In this document: piece after piece, positions 9,690 through 20,687 of the stretch
Numbering within the stretch: the stretch's first letter is position 1
How the letters are laid out: every line of letters starts with the position of its first letter
Origin: an uncultured delta proteobacterium
GTDB lineage: Bacteria; Desulfobacterota; Desulfuromonadia; Desulfuromonadales; BM103
Direction: 5' to 3'
Assembly (NCBI GenBank): GCA_963707155.1
Contig: CAVPPD010000030.1
Span: 2,578 to 66,577 of the forward strand
DNA: 64,000 bases
Notes under the pieces: model-generated
Told to the model about the DNA's origin: nothing
Databases searched by the model: none
What the model saw: the letters and a program-made list of their open reading frames with translations, nothing else
Translations under genes and position numbers: made by a program

Positions 9690-11635
9690 ATGCTCGATTT
9701 TGTTCGCAACAAACAGAAATCAATCATCATCAAATTGGCCTTTGCCATCATCATCCTCAGCTTTGTCATCGGCTACGCCATGCTCTCCGCACCCGGAGGA
9801 CCCGGCGGTGACGACCCGACCGCTGAAGCAGCGGTGGTCAACGGCAAGGCCATCTCTTACAACGACTTCCAGAACACCTACAGCAATCTCTACCAGCTCT
9901 ACCAGAACATCTACCAGGACCAGTTCACCCCGGCCCTGGAAAAGCAGCTGAAGCTCGCAGAGAAATCGCTCAACAGCCTGATCGATCAGATGCTGCTGCA
10001 GGATGAAGCAGAACGTCTCCAGATTGATGTCAGCAGCAAGGAGCTGGTCGATGCCATCGCACAGATCCCGGCTTTTCAGGAGAACGGCGTCTTCAACAAA
10101 GAGCGCTATCTGCAGGTTCTGGCCTATCAGCGCATGAACAGTGATGAGTTTGAAGCGATGCAACGCAGCGAACTGACCGTTGACAAGGTCCGTGAGCAGT
10201 TCCAGTCAGGCATCACCGTCACTGATGCCGACATCGAGGAAGAGTTTCGCAACAACAACGAGAAGATCAACCTCAATTTTGTCAGCCTGACACCTGCGTC
10301 TTTCGAGAGAAGGTCAAAGTGACCGATGAAGCTCTGGAAGCCTATTTCAAGGAGCAACAGGAAGTCTTCCGCACCCCGGAAATGGTTGCCCTGCGTTATC
10401 TGCAATTCGAGCCACAGCGTTATCTCGATGAAGTGACTTTCGAGGAGAGCGAGCTTGAGAGGTTCTATCGCCGTCACCTTGATCAGTTCGAGATTCTCGA
10501 AAGGATCAAAGCCTCACATATCCTGATCAAGGTCGATGAAGAGACAGATGAAAAGATCCGCGAAGAGAAACGTGCTTTTGCCGAAAAGCTTCTGGAAGAA
10601 GCCAAGGCCGGTCAAGATTTTGCCGAACTGGCCAGGATCAATTCCGACGACAAGGCCAGTGCCGTCAATGGCGGCAACCTCGGCTACTTCACCCGCGGTT
10701 CAATGGTCAAGCCATTCGAGGAAGCAGCGTTCAGCATGAATCCCGGTGACATCAGCGACCTGGTTGAGACGACCTTCGGCTACCATATCATCAAAGTGGA
10801 AGAGTACACCGAACCAGGCGTCCGTTCCCTGGAAGAAGCCATGGACGAAGTCAAAGAAGGGCTGCGCGAGGAGAAAGCCAAGCAACTGGCCTTCGAAAAA
10901 GCGATGGATGCCTACAACATCAATCGCAAAACTGGCGATCTTAAGGCAGCAGCAACAACCAACGAACTCGGCCTGAAAGAAACGGGTCCCTTTGCCCGTG
11001 ACGGCTACATCGACGGCATCGGCCGCAACGAAGAAATCATCAACGCCGCCCATCTCCTTGAAGAGAACACCTTGGCAAACCGGTCGTCACCGACAACGGG
11101 GTCATTCTTTTCGGCCTGAAAGAGCGGATTGCCAGCCATATTCCGGAGCTGACCGAGGTCAAGGACCTGGTGACGGCATCCTACCGGGCCGTTGAATCTG
11201 CCAAGCTGGCCCAGAGCTGCGGCCGAGGAACTGGTCGCTGACCTGGTCGATGGCGGCAACCTTGGCAAGCTGGCCAAGAAAGCCAAGTACAAGGTCGAGG
11301 AGACCGGTGAGTTCACGCGCACTTACAGCCCTTCGTCCCTCGCCTTGGCTCTTCAGAGGAACTGTTCACGGCTGCTTTTGCGCTGAACGACGATGCAGAC
11401 TGCTATTGACCAGCTGTTTCGAAATTCAGAACCGCTTCGTTGTCGCCGAGGTCAAGGAACGTATCGCTGCCGACTTTACCCTGCTGGATGAAGCCAAGCG
11501 CGAAGAGCTGCAGAAAATCGATCCTCAGCCGCAAGCAGAACGAGGCCGTCGAAAACCGCCTCGACAGAACTCCGCAGTGCAGCAACCATTCAGATTGCAC
11601 CTCGCGTCCAAGACATGTTGAACAAGGAGAAATAA
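9690..11635 (+). CDS. ppiD: SurA-N/PpiD-type peptidylprolyl isomerase (split by several apparent sequencing frameshifts)
   Basis: N-terminal TM, SurA_N domain (9690-10322), parvulin motifs ASHILIK, GGNLGYF, FEEAAF, TTFGYHIIKVE (10319-11119); remainder in shifting frames to TAA 11635. Confidence 0.85.
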
Positions 11636-11641
11636 AACATC

Positions 11642-12539
11642 GTGAGCTGCTATCGTTCTCGAAACCAACATGCCTGGCCTGAAACATGGTCAATCGCGGC
11701 AAAGTCCGCGACATCTACGATCTTGGCGAGCATCTGCTGATCGTGACCTCCGATCGTCTCTCCGCTTTCGATGTCATCATGAATGAAGGCATCCCGAAGA
11801 AGGGACAGGTTCTTAACCAGTTTTCGATCTTCTGGTTCAACCTGATGTCCGACATTATTCCAAACCACATTGTCGCCACCGAGGTCAGTGACTTCCCCTG
11901 CAGAGACCCACATCTACCGCGACCAGCTCGAAGGTCGCAGCATGCTGGTCAAAAAAGCGCGGCCGCTGCCGGTCGAGTGCATCGTCCGCGGTTACGTTTC
12001 CGGATCAGGCTGGAAAGAGTACCAGAAGACACGGCAGCATCTGCGGCATCTCTCTGCCTGAAGGTCTTCTCGAGAGCGACCGCCTTCCCGAGCCGATCTT
12101 CACTCCGTCGACCAAGGCAGAACTCGGCGAGCACGATGAGAACATCTCTTTTGAAGAGACCGTCAGAGCTCTGCGGTCAGGAGATCGCCGAGCAGGTTCG
12201 TGACAAGACCCTGGAGATTTACTGTCGTGCCCGTGACTTTGCCTGGACAAAGGGATCATTATCGCTGACACCAAGATTTGAATTCGGCACATGGCAGACG
12301 GCAGCCTGATCTGGATCGACGAAGCGCTTTCTCCTGACTCCTCACGCTTCTGGCCGAAGGAGCTCTATCGGCCGGGCGGCCCGCAGCCAAGCTTCGACAA
12401 ACAGTTTGTGCGCGACTACCTGGAGACCCTCGACTGGAACAAGCAGGCACCACCGCCACCGCTGCCGGACGAGATCGTCACCAAAACTTCGGAGAAGTAC
12501 CAGGAAGCACTTTTTCAACTGACCGGCATCACTCTCTAG
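11642..12539 (+). CDS. purC: SAICAR synthetase (frameshifted read)
   Basis: [57 protein letters not shown] across frames. Confidence 0.93.
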
Positions 12540-12571
12540 AGATGGTCAGTCCCTCGACGGAAAGGACTGCA

Positions 12572-13251
12572 GTGCCCCGTATTTTTCATATGACCAGAGT
12601 CATAATGCTTCTCAGGCATTATGTTAGGCTCTCACTCTTGGCGGCTGTGGCAGCGTTCCGGCAAAGACGACCCGCGTCCGGTTGAAGATGTGATCAGTCG
12701 TGCGGAGCAGCTGGTCAGGAGCAAAGCCTACGCGGCGGCGGCAGAGCAGTATGCGATCGTTATCGCCAAAGACCCGACGGTCGGCCGCTATTACCTGCGC
12801 CGCGCAGAGATTCTCGAACGCATTGACGAGGACAAAGAAGCCCACACGCACCTATGAGCAAGCCCTGCAAGATGGTCCCCGAGGATGACCCGGACCATCT
12901 GCAGATCATGCACCGCCTGGCCTTGATCGACGCCAACCACCTGTTCAAACTCGATGAAGCCGAAGAGCTCCTGCAGCGGATGCCGCGAAAGAGCATCGAA
13001 AAGCTCGACCTGGCAGCATTTCTTTACTACCAGGCGAGCCAGTACGATCAGGCGATCACCTTGCTCAACAAAGCCCTGGAACGGTCAGAAGCGCCGACCA
13101 GAAGGCCCTGCTGCTTTATCATGCCGCCCTGGTCTACGTGAAACTTGGTGACCAGAAGAACACCTTCGGCTCACTCTATTTTGCGATCAACAACGCCGAG
13201 CACCTGGGCCTGATTCGCGATATCGAGCAGCTCTGGCAAGAGATCAATTAG
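12572..13251 (+). CDS. tetratricopeptide-repeat lipoprotein (frameshifted read)
   Basis: AAAGGA RBS, lipobox LTLGGC, TPR-like helices in fragments 12621-12857 and 12854-13141. Confidence 0.65.
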
Positions 13252-13385
13252 TCGAGCCTTACCATGAAAGGACGTCGAGTCAATCCTGTCTCAGTTTCTG
13301 CCCAACTCTTGACGCCGGTCAACGCCAACAGCATCGAATTCGACGTAATTTGCACTCCAACACACTACAACATTGGAGGAAATCT

Positions 13386-13764
13386 ATGTCCATCACAACC
13401 AGCCCAAATTCATGTAGATCCGGCCAAAGCTTACGACCCTGGCCGAGATGACCCCCTATCAGGACGGCGCAGTCGTCAGTCGCACCCTGCTGCAGCACGA
13501 TACCGGCACGCTGACAGTTTTCAGCTTTGATGCCGGCCAGGCCCTGTCAGAGCACACGGTACCCTTTCATGCTTTCGTCCAGGTGCTCGATGGTGAGGCA
13601 CAGATCATCATCGGCGGCAACTCCGGTCAACTGTCACTGCTGGAGAAATCGTCCTGATGCCCGGCGGCATCTCTCACGAAGTCAAAGGCAGTCAAACGCT
13701 TCAAAATGCTGCTCACCCTCTTCCGCAGCACCTCGGCAGCGACAGCGAATTCAAGAAAAGCTGA
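13386..13764 (+). CDS. cupin domain protein (frameshifted read)
   Basis: GGAGGA RBS; YQDGAVVSRTL, TVFSFDAGQALSEHTVPF..FVQVLDGEA, later MPGGISHEV. Confidence 0.8.
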
Positions 13765-13810
13765 CACATCAGCGAGTGGCCTTGGAGGCAGCACAGCGAC
13801 AAAAAAGCAG

Positions 13811-13840
13811 TTGACACTCCCTGTACCGCTCTGCTATAAA
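13811..13840 (+). promoter_or_regulatory. sigma70 promoter of tRNA-Ala
   Basis: TTGACA-18-TATAAA with TG extension. Confidence 0.7.
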
Positions 13841-13853
13841 TCTGCACCTGTTC

Positions 13854-13929
<76 letters not shown>

Positions 13930-13936
13930 AAGATCA

Positions 13937-13967
13937 AAGGGTTACGCAATCTGCGTAACCCTTTTTT
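13937..13967 (+). terminator. intrinsic terminator
   Basis: AAAGGGTTACGCA-atc-TGCGTAACCCTTTTTT. Confidence 0.85.
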
Positions 13968-13982
13968 CGTTCCTCTTAACTC

Positions 13983-14011
13983 TTGACCACGCCGACATGA
14001 AACCCTATAAT
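13983..14011 (+). promoter_or_regulatory. sigma70 promoter of tRNA-Leu
   Basis: TTGACC-17-TATAAT. Confidence 0.8.
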
Positions 14012-14023
14012 GCAGTCCGCTTT

Positions 14024-14108
14024 GCCGAAGTGGTGGAATTGGTAGACACGTCGGTCTCAAAAACCGATGGCTTCTAGCCGTGCCGGTTCGATTCCGGCCT
14101 TCGTACCA
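14024..14108 (+). tRNA. tRNA-Leu(CAA)
   Basis: long variable arm, anticodon CAA, GGTTCGATTCC, CCA; 3' acceptor strand is one G short (probably a read error). Confidence 0.9.
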
Positions 14109-14114
14109 TTTACA

Positions 14115-14149
14115 AAGAAAAGCCCCCGATCATCGGGGGCTTTTTCTTT
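14115..14149 (+). terminator. intrinsic (bidirectional-looking) terminator
   Basis: AAAAGCCCCCGAT-c-ATCGGGGGCTTTTT. Confidence 0.85.
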
Positions 14150-14556
14150 ATCTATCCACCTCAACATTTATCTATAGATGATCTAACATCCTTCTGAAGG
14201 TTGTGGAAATGGGCAGCAAATGGAGAGTAAATTTAGAAAACTATTTCTGGAACTTTCACTATTTCTTCAGGATTGAGGTTATCTTAAGAATTGATATGAC
14301 ATCGAAGCTCCCATCCGCAGAAGCGCCCCCATAATTTTAAATTCTCCCGTTCCCCAAGACTCAAACTGCGAAGGCAACGATGACCAAATTCTTTATAATA
14401 TTTTTGCATCATTTCTCACAACGAAGGAGCAAATCCTGAACCAAGAACAAGCATCTGCAATCAATCACCGAGGAAATGACATAAATTGTCAGCGACCAAC
14501 ACCCATTATGCGTCATCATATGCGCATGTCCGTAAAGTACGGGCCTCCGAAAACGG

Positions 14557-15498
14557 TCATGAGCCCTCGACCAGAAAACCAAGATTCTTGTATTTAATGA
14601 CTGCAGTTTTCAACTCCTCGAGCATGACTTCTGGCATGGTGCTTTTCAGATCAATTGCGGCCCTGAAAAAGTTTTTCTTTGCCTTCTCAACGTCAGCGAT
14701 AAATACGTCGAGCGACGTTGGCACGGAGGTGTTGAGTGCATAGATCGCCTCGTAAAGGCCGTAAAGCTTGACTTAATTTATTCTTCGATTCGACAAACTT
14801 TTCCGGTGATTCTTTCAGGCTTTCCATGGCCTGATCTATCCTCGCCTTGACCTTGACCAGCTTGTCCAAATCTTGCTTGCTGGTGCGAGGGGCGATATTG
14901 GACGTCTCCACCACTTCCTGCCACCCGGAGGTGGTGTTCTCAATCATTTCCAGACTCAAGTCAGCCCCTGACTTGATCCCGTAAAGAGCGACGAGAAACT
15001 TCTTCGAATACTCCTGTTCCGCCTTGTTATCGAAATAAAGTTTGGTTATTCCGCCGGTCAGAGCCAGCAAAAGGACGGCCAAGCCGGCGTATAGCAGCCA
15101 ACGCCTGTCGGTCGACGTTTCTGCAATATGTTGAGGTTGTTTCTACGGAAGAATCCTTGGGAGACAGCAATGACTTTTGCGGATTTGGGCCGTCGAGCAA
15201 GACTGAAGTTTAACCCTGACTTTTGTTTTTTCTGCGCAACAAACCTGGTTGATTGTACGATGGCATAATCGGGGCACAAACTGCCGCATTGAACGCAATA
15301 GTGTTCACCGCCAAGTTCATGCCCGCAACCGAAACAATAGACCCGACCCTGCTTCTTGTATGCTCTCAGCATGAACTTTTCCTGCCGAGTCCAATACTTG
15401 TCATTGCACTCGGGACAACGCTGAGAGCTGCCGTCAGCAGTAATGACCTGCGCAGGCACTTCTATTGTGACATCACACTTTGGACAAGGGCACCTCAT
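14557..15498 (-). CDS. double zinc-ribbon, single-TM, coiled-coil protein (frameshifted read)
   Basis: CPKC..CPEC (MJ0042-like finger), CFGC..CVQC, then TM segment AVLLLALTGG and helical C-terminus ending at TGA 14557. Confidence 0.65.
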
Positions 15499-15586
15499 GA
15501 TTCAACCACCTTTATAAAGGGGGGCCGTAACAGGACCCGCTCATTCTGCGACAATATGATTCCCATAGAAGAGACAATAGACATCA

Positions 15587-16027
15587 CTAAAAATTCTCCG
15601 CAACCCCAACCCAGTTACCGTCACTTGCCCGCAAAATATCGTCCAAACTGTTCGCAGCGGAAATGACCTGCTCGGTCAAACCGTCTGGGCCAAGACTGTA
15701 AAGATCAAAATCCGTGTTCAACTCGGTAAACAATTCCCTGGGAGCCCCACCGTTGGCGATATTCAAGTATTGATAAAGGTTGCCCCAGGGGTCTTTTAGT
15801 GTACCGCGCCCAATGTCGTTCAAAGAATTGGGAAGAGCATTTGTATCGATCACCTTCGCCAGGATGTCTTTTTCGATCGCACGAATTTCACTAATCGCTC
15901 GCGTGATCTTAACGTTCTCAATAAATTTATTATAAGCAGGCATGGCTAAAGTTGCCAAAACTCCCAGAATTGCGGCGACAACAATCAACTCGACCAAGGT
16001 AAAGCCTGAGTCGTTGTTTCGAAGCAT
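15587..16027 (-). CDS. orphan prepilin / GspG-like pseudopilin
   Basis: G|FTLVEL class III signal, DPWGNLYQY, FDLYSLGPDG, DDI. Confidence 0.88.
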   Translation of the reverse strand: MLRNNDSGFTLVELIVVAAILGVLATLAMPAYNKFIENVKITRAISEIRAIEKDILAKVIDTNALPNSLNDIGRGTLKDPWGNLYQYLNIANGGAPRELFTELNTDFDLYSLGPDGLTEQVISAANSLDDILRASDGNWVGVAENF

Positions 16028-16215
16028 GCGTCGCTTCGACGCCAGGCTTAACTCTTCCTTTGACTCCAGGCTAAAACCTAGGGATGTCCGAGTCGTTTGG
16101 TTTCATAATAAGTCTCTCGCTGATGTCTATATGTCTATAAGATTAAAAGAACTTGCTGGCAAGAAAAACCCCATTGTCCCAGCGCATGTTAGCAAAGACG
16201 TCACAAGCGATTCTC

Positions 16216-16231
16216 TGCAATTTTGACGCCA
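16216..16231 (-). promoter_or_regulatory. sigma54 (-24/-12) promoter upstream of the orphan pseudopilin
   Basis: TGGCGTCAAAATTGCA: GG-N10-GC spacing exact. Confidence 0.65.
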
Positions 16232-16369
16232 CTATTTTCAAAACGTTAAAAACAAGTCAAGTTTCAACATAAGCCGTTACTTACTCCGTGATTCAACACA
16301 GGGGAGGAGAGTGCCAGAAGAAAAGACGCTTTGCCTGAGACACAGCAAGCACAGAATCACACCTGTTTA

Positions 16370-16451
16370 ATTTTCTCAAAAATGATTTAAAGTGTACCGT
16401 GGTGAGAGTTTAGCATCTTTTCGCACTTATTTTCTCAAAATTTTCTCAAAA
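16370..16451 (+). repeat. three copies of TTTTCTCAAAA, two in 11-bp tandem just upstream of a -35 box
   Basis: copies at 16371, 16430 and 16441. Confidence 0.7.
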
Positions 16452-16456
16452 TTTAG

Positions 16457-16485
16457 TTGTCAAACATATCTGCCTTTGATATATT
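16457..16485 (+). promoter_or_regulatory. sigma70 promoter with no downstream plus-strand gene
   Basis: TTGTCA-17-TATATT with TG extended -10. Confidence 0.65.
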
Positions 16486-16491
16486 CAACTC

Positions 16492-16569
16492 AACTCTTCG
16501 ATTGCCTGCAAGCCGAAGAGCTCTATGGACCCCGCGTATCCCCCCCCTCCTTACGCGGGGTCTTTTTTA
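16492..16569 (+). ncRNA. candidate small RNA with anti-Shine-Dalgarno C-rich loop
   Basis: promoter, hairpin CTCTTCG/CGAAGAG, 11-bp stem GACCCCGCGTA/TACGCGGGGTC with loop TCCCCCCCCTCCT and plus-strand U-tract. Confidence 0.55.
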
Positions 16570-16648
16570 TCTTTTTTTCAACTCCACAAGAACAAATCGA
16601 CTGATTTATTCCGGCAGTATTTCAGCGCAGAGCATTCTCGCGTCATTA

Positions 16649-18304
16649 TCAGTTCGCCTTAAATGCTCTCAGGAGATGCGGAACCAGTTGTTTCTTGCGC
16701 GACAGAACCCCTTTCAGCTCAAAGCGTCCCGCATCAATCTGGGGATAGCCGATCGCCGCGATCAGGTCCCTGTCGCCACGGACCACAAATTGACTGTTCT
16801 GCTGGACGATGTCAGTCACCAGCAAACCAGCCAATCCCAGGTTGCGTTTATTTGCGAGGGATTCCAGGCCTGCCAAAATCTCTCCCCTGCGCGCCTCGAA
16901 CTCCTGGAAGCCAACCACTTCAACCTGCCCGACGCCAAAGCAACGTTCTTCGACAGCATACTCTTTGAAGTCTGCGGTCAAGAGAGCTTCTACGCTTGGA
17001 TAAGCAGCCAGAGCACTGCCGGCCTGAAATATCTGACCGACCAAAGACCGTTGAGTCAAGACCTGAACATTTCTCCAGCCAACAGACCAGGTCGCGATCC
17101 ACATCCGTAGTCGTTGGCGACTTCAACAAAACCGTGTCGGAGAGCAGTCCGGCCAGCATAAGTGACGCAACCCTGGCTTCAGGCTCAATTCCGGCCTGTC
17201 GATAAAGCGTAGCAACGACCGAGCAGGTGCTGCCAAGAGGCTGGTTGATAAACCGAATCGGTGCGTCGGTATGAAAATTTCCCAGGCGATGATGATCAAT
17301 CACTTCGAGAATCTCCACCTGATCGGCGCCCGGCACGGCCTGCGACAATTCGTTGTGGTCGACAAGAATCAACTTGAGCGACGACGGTCTCAACAGGTTG
17401 GATTTTGTCACGACGCCACGCACCAGGCCGTCGCCGTCAAGGACCAGGACTCCCGGCGAAGTGCTGCGCATCAGGACCTTGCCAACTTCGTCGAGTCGGT
17501 CATCCAGGCTGGCCCTTGGGACATCGGCATCAGCAAGGAGACGAACGGGTGTAGACATCCGCGCCAAAAGCGCACTGGTCGCCGTATCGAAATGGGTGCA
17601 CAGGATCGAGACTTCCTTTTCGCGGGCCAATATTACGAGATCATCATCAATAGTCAGTCCGCCAGTCACGACCAGTAAACGGATCCCTGTCTCGATAGCG
17701 TTCAGCTGGATGTCTCTTCGATCACCGACAAAAACAACGATTCGTCGCGGGTCGACTTTTGACAGCCGCTGTTGAAAGCTCTCCACCGACATGGCCCCGA
17801 CAAACAGGTCAAGCTCGTCGGTGCGTGTCTCTTCAAAGAGGTTAACAGCCGAAGCCTGAAGGCAGCTCATGATTGAAACCGGTGAAGAGAGGACCTGACG
17901 GATAGACTGACCTGTGCGGGGCAGAAACACATGTTCGGTGAGCCGCTTCAGAATCAGCGCTCCAAGTGGTCGTGCATCGGTGTCGACAACAGGTAACATC
18001 CGGATGTCACGCTGACGCATGAGATCCAGGGCCTTCATGAGCGGCGCCTCAGCATCGATGACCGCTGGCTGACCATCAAGGGTATCCCGTAAACGGGGAT
18101 ACACATCGGTGAGAAGAGCCGGTGGGGCCTGACCGATCGTATCAAGAACAAATTCCGTCTGGCGGTTGAGGTGACCTGTTCGCCCGGGGAAAACATTCTT
18201 GCGCCCCTGCGCTGACACAGCTCTGAGTAAGCGATGGCGCTGCAGATAGAATCAGTGTCCGGATTACGGTGACCAACAACGAAGATCCTTTCTCCTCGGT
18301 TCAT
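16649..18304 (-). CDS. ppaC: Mn-dependent family II inorganic pyrophosphatase with CBS/DRTGG insert (frameshifted read)
   Basis: [16 protein letters not shown] pair, [35 protein letters not shown]. Confidence 0.92.
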
Positions 18305-19116
18305 AAACCCTCCATATCCAGCGCCCCACGTACGTCACCCATGCCGATCACATCTTCCACGATGCCTCGTTCAGGTATGCCTTGGTCATTGAGCCAGGCG
18401 TACAGACCGCCACCACCTGTCTCAAATATTTCCGGATCGAGCCTGACAGAGAGAAGCAGCCCGTGAGCAGGGAAATAACTCTGCTTTGCCTGTAGCTCCG
18501 GGGTCAAAACGTCCACTTCTATATCAACAAAGCCTTTACTGGAAAAAGTTGGGATCAGAAACTTCGCACCCCGCACCAGGGGACCGTAAATGCCTGACCG
18601 CAGGTTGTAGAATGCGGTCAACATGTCAACAGGATGAAGTCCTTCAGGGATCGCATGTTCTTTCTTTGAGTGGAGTTCATCTTCTTTCGATTTCTCCACG
18701 ACGACCTTCCCCTGGACATAATCGTAGCGGTGGCTGCGCCCCCGAATCTGCCATTTGCCCCATTTGCGTTTGACGATCCGGGCGGTGTGTTCAATGCTTT
18801 GCAAAGAGCCATCCGCAGTCAGCTGCATCGTTGAGGTATAAGTCTGGGTGCGGTCCCCTGCCAGCCAGGAGGCAATCCCCAGAGTGCGTCCGATCAACTC
18901 TGCGCGGTAGACATTCGGCTGGTCGGTCTCGGATAATCGCAGTTCGCCTTCCGCCAGCCTTGAGAAGAAGAGGAAATCGATGGAGTAGAGGTAGTCTTCA
19001 CCGACCAGCTGCTGAAATGGTTTTGTAACGCCCGCTTTTTCCGCACCCACACAGACAGGAGCAAGAAAAAACAGGGCAGAGGCCAAAACCCCCGACAAGA
19101 GAACTCGACCTCTCAT
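18301..19116 (-). CDS. DUF3108-like secreted protein
   Basis: signal peptide; GE.Y.Y.I.F..F..LAEGEL beta-rich pattern, [10 protein letters not shown]. Confidence 0.65.
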   Translation of the reverse strand: MRGRVLLSGVLASALFFLAPVCVGAEKAGVTKPFQQLVGEDYLYSIDFLFFSRLAEGELRLSETDQPNVYRAELIGRTLGIASWLAGDRTQTYTSTMQLTADGSLQSIEHTARIVKRKWGKWQIRGRSHRYDYVQGKVVVEKSKEDELHSKKEHAIPEGLHPVDMLTAFYNLRSGIYGPLVRGAKFLIPTFSSKGFVDIEVDVLTPELQAKQSYFPAHGLLLSVRLDPEIFETGGGGLYAWLNDQGIPERGIVEDVIGMGDVRGALDMEGL

Positions 19117-20066
19117 TGAAAAAGGCTCACGACAAAAAGGAGATAAGCACCCAACAGCAGGGCACCACGTTTGCGATCCAGCTGCAGTCGCGGCGACATC
19201 ATGGTCAAGAGACCAACCAGAAGAGCGCAAAAAGCCAGCATAATGGGGAAATCAAGGTTCAGGACTCTCGGTTCAATCGTAATCGATTGAATCATCGGGC
19301 AGATCCCAAGGACAAAGAGAATGTTGAAAATATTACTGCCAATCACGTTGCCGACGCTGATATCCATTTCCCCTTTACATGCACTCATCACTGAAGCCGC
19401 CAACTCCGGCAAACTGGTGCCCACAGCAACGATCGAGAGACCAATAATCAATTCAGACACCCCGAGCAGGGTTGCAATCATGACTGCACCACGGACCATC
19501 AACTCGGCACCAATCCCCAGGCCGACCATACCAATCACAACCAGGAAAATGTCTCTGCCGCGCCCCTTAGAGGCGTCACTGATGGCTTTATTAACCTCAC
19601 CATCGTCCGGAATCGAGGGATTCCGCGCCGTCATCAAGCAATAGACAAGAAACACCAACAGGCACAGGAATAACCCCAGCCCGTCCCAAAAGGCAATCTC
19701 ACCATCCATGGCAAGGAGATAAACACCAATGGAGGCGGCAACCATAATCGGTACTTCGCGAACCAGCGTGGAACGGGCGACGAGAACCGGCGTAATCAGA
19801 GCGGCAGCCCCGAGAATCAAACCGATGTTGGCGATATTGGAACCGATGATATTGCCGGCGGCCATCGATGATGCCCCCCGGACGGAGGCGAACAGAGAGA
19901 CCATAAGCTCCGGCATGCTGGTCGCGAACGCGACCACAGTGAGCCCGACCACCAATGGCCTGACACCGAAGGAAAGGGCCAGCCGGGAGCTCCCGGTCAC
20001 CAGATATTCTGCTCCGTAATAGAGCAGCAGCAAACCTGCCAGGACGAGAATTGCACCAAATAACAT
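19113..20066 (-). CDS. calcium/sodium antiporter (YrbG/CaCA family)
   Basis: duplicated alpha repeats TSMPEL/GTSLPEL and GNIIGSNIAN/GNVIGSNIFN. Confidence 0.93.
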   Translation of the reverse strand: MLFGAILVLAGLLLLYYGAEYLVTGSSRLALSFGVRPLVVGLTVVAFATSMPELMVSLFASVRGASSMAAGNIIGSNIANIGLILGAAALITPVLVARSTLVREVPIMVAASIGVYLLAMDGEIAFWDGLGLFLCLLVFLVYCLMTARNPSIPDDGEVNKAISDASKGRGRDIFLVVIGMVGLGIGAELMVRGAVMIATLLGVSELIIGLSIVAVGTSLPELAASVMSACKGEMDISVGNVIGSNIFNILFVLGICPMIQSITIEPRVLNLDFPIMLAFCALLVGLLTMMSPRLQLDRKRGALLLGAYLLFVVSLFQ

Positions 20067-20264
20067 TCAGAGATCCTTACTCATTAAATTTTCCGTCTTT
20101 TAGCTCTTACGAATCGCGATCACAAGGCAAATGTCCAGGATGTTCAGTCTAATACCTGAGCCACCAGGTGTCGAGAGTAAGACGCATTACTTCACGAATG
20201 ACTTGACTTATTCTCTGCGCTGAGAATAATATCCATATATTCAACTTTCCAAAAAGGATTAATT

Positions 20265-20567
20265 ATGTCAGAGATAGAATTCGACAAGTCCATTAATTTT
20301 GATCGTGAGGCAGAGATTTTAAAAGTACTCGGTCATCCGGTTCGACTGAAAATCGTCGCCGGCCTCATGTCCCAGTCCTGCAATGTCAAAAAAATCTGGG
20401 AGTGTCTTGAATTACCGCAGGCGACCGTATCTCAACACCTCGCTTTACTCAAGAACAAAGGGATCATCGAAGGCAAACGTGATGGTGTTGAAGTGTTTTA
20501 TCAAGTGACCTCTAAAGAAGCCCGAAAAATGGTTGAATCATTGATGGAAGGATTTGCCTGCCCGTAA
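20265..20567 (+). CDS. ArsR/SmtB-family transcriptional regulator
   Basis: LKVLGHPVRLKI, Q.TVSQHL..LK..GII...RDG...FY. Confidence 0.93.
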   Translation: MSEIEFDKSINFDREAEILKVLGHPVRLKIVAGLMSQSCNVKKIWECLELPQATVSQHLALLKNKGIIEGKRDGVEVFYQVTSKEARKMVESLMEGFACP

Positions 20568-20628
20568 GAAAAAAATCCAGCGTCACCATCGAAAGAAACA
20601 GGTCAGACGCGTTAAGGGACTCATTATG

Positions 20629-20660
20629 AATGGAGGCACACAACTGGTGCCTCCATTTTT
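20629..20660 (+). terminator. intrinsic terminator between arsR and bioC
   Basis: AATGGAGGCAC-acaactg-GTGCCTCCATTTTT. Confidence 0.75.
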
Positions 20661-20687
20661 ATCGTTCAAAAAGTTTATCGCCATTTG

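Noticed and set aside
14024-14108. tRNA-Leu with a shortened acceptor stem as a pseudo-tRNA or integration scar
   Set aside because: One missing G in a GG pair inside the most error-dense zone; promoter and terminator are intact
14160-14556. Small gene in the AT-rich gap after tRNA-Leu
   Set aside because: Only short protein-like fragments in changing frames; cannot be supported without polished sequence
16030-16215. Cyclic-dinucleotide (GEMM-I) riboswitch ahead of the pseudopilin or the cytochromes
   Set aside because: No GNRA-tetraloop/receptor or GCAAA/GGAAA-CC...GAAA...GG pattern found in either leader
14110-16640. Integrative element at tRNA-Leu
   Set aside because: No integrase and no convincing duplication of the tRNA 3' end
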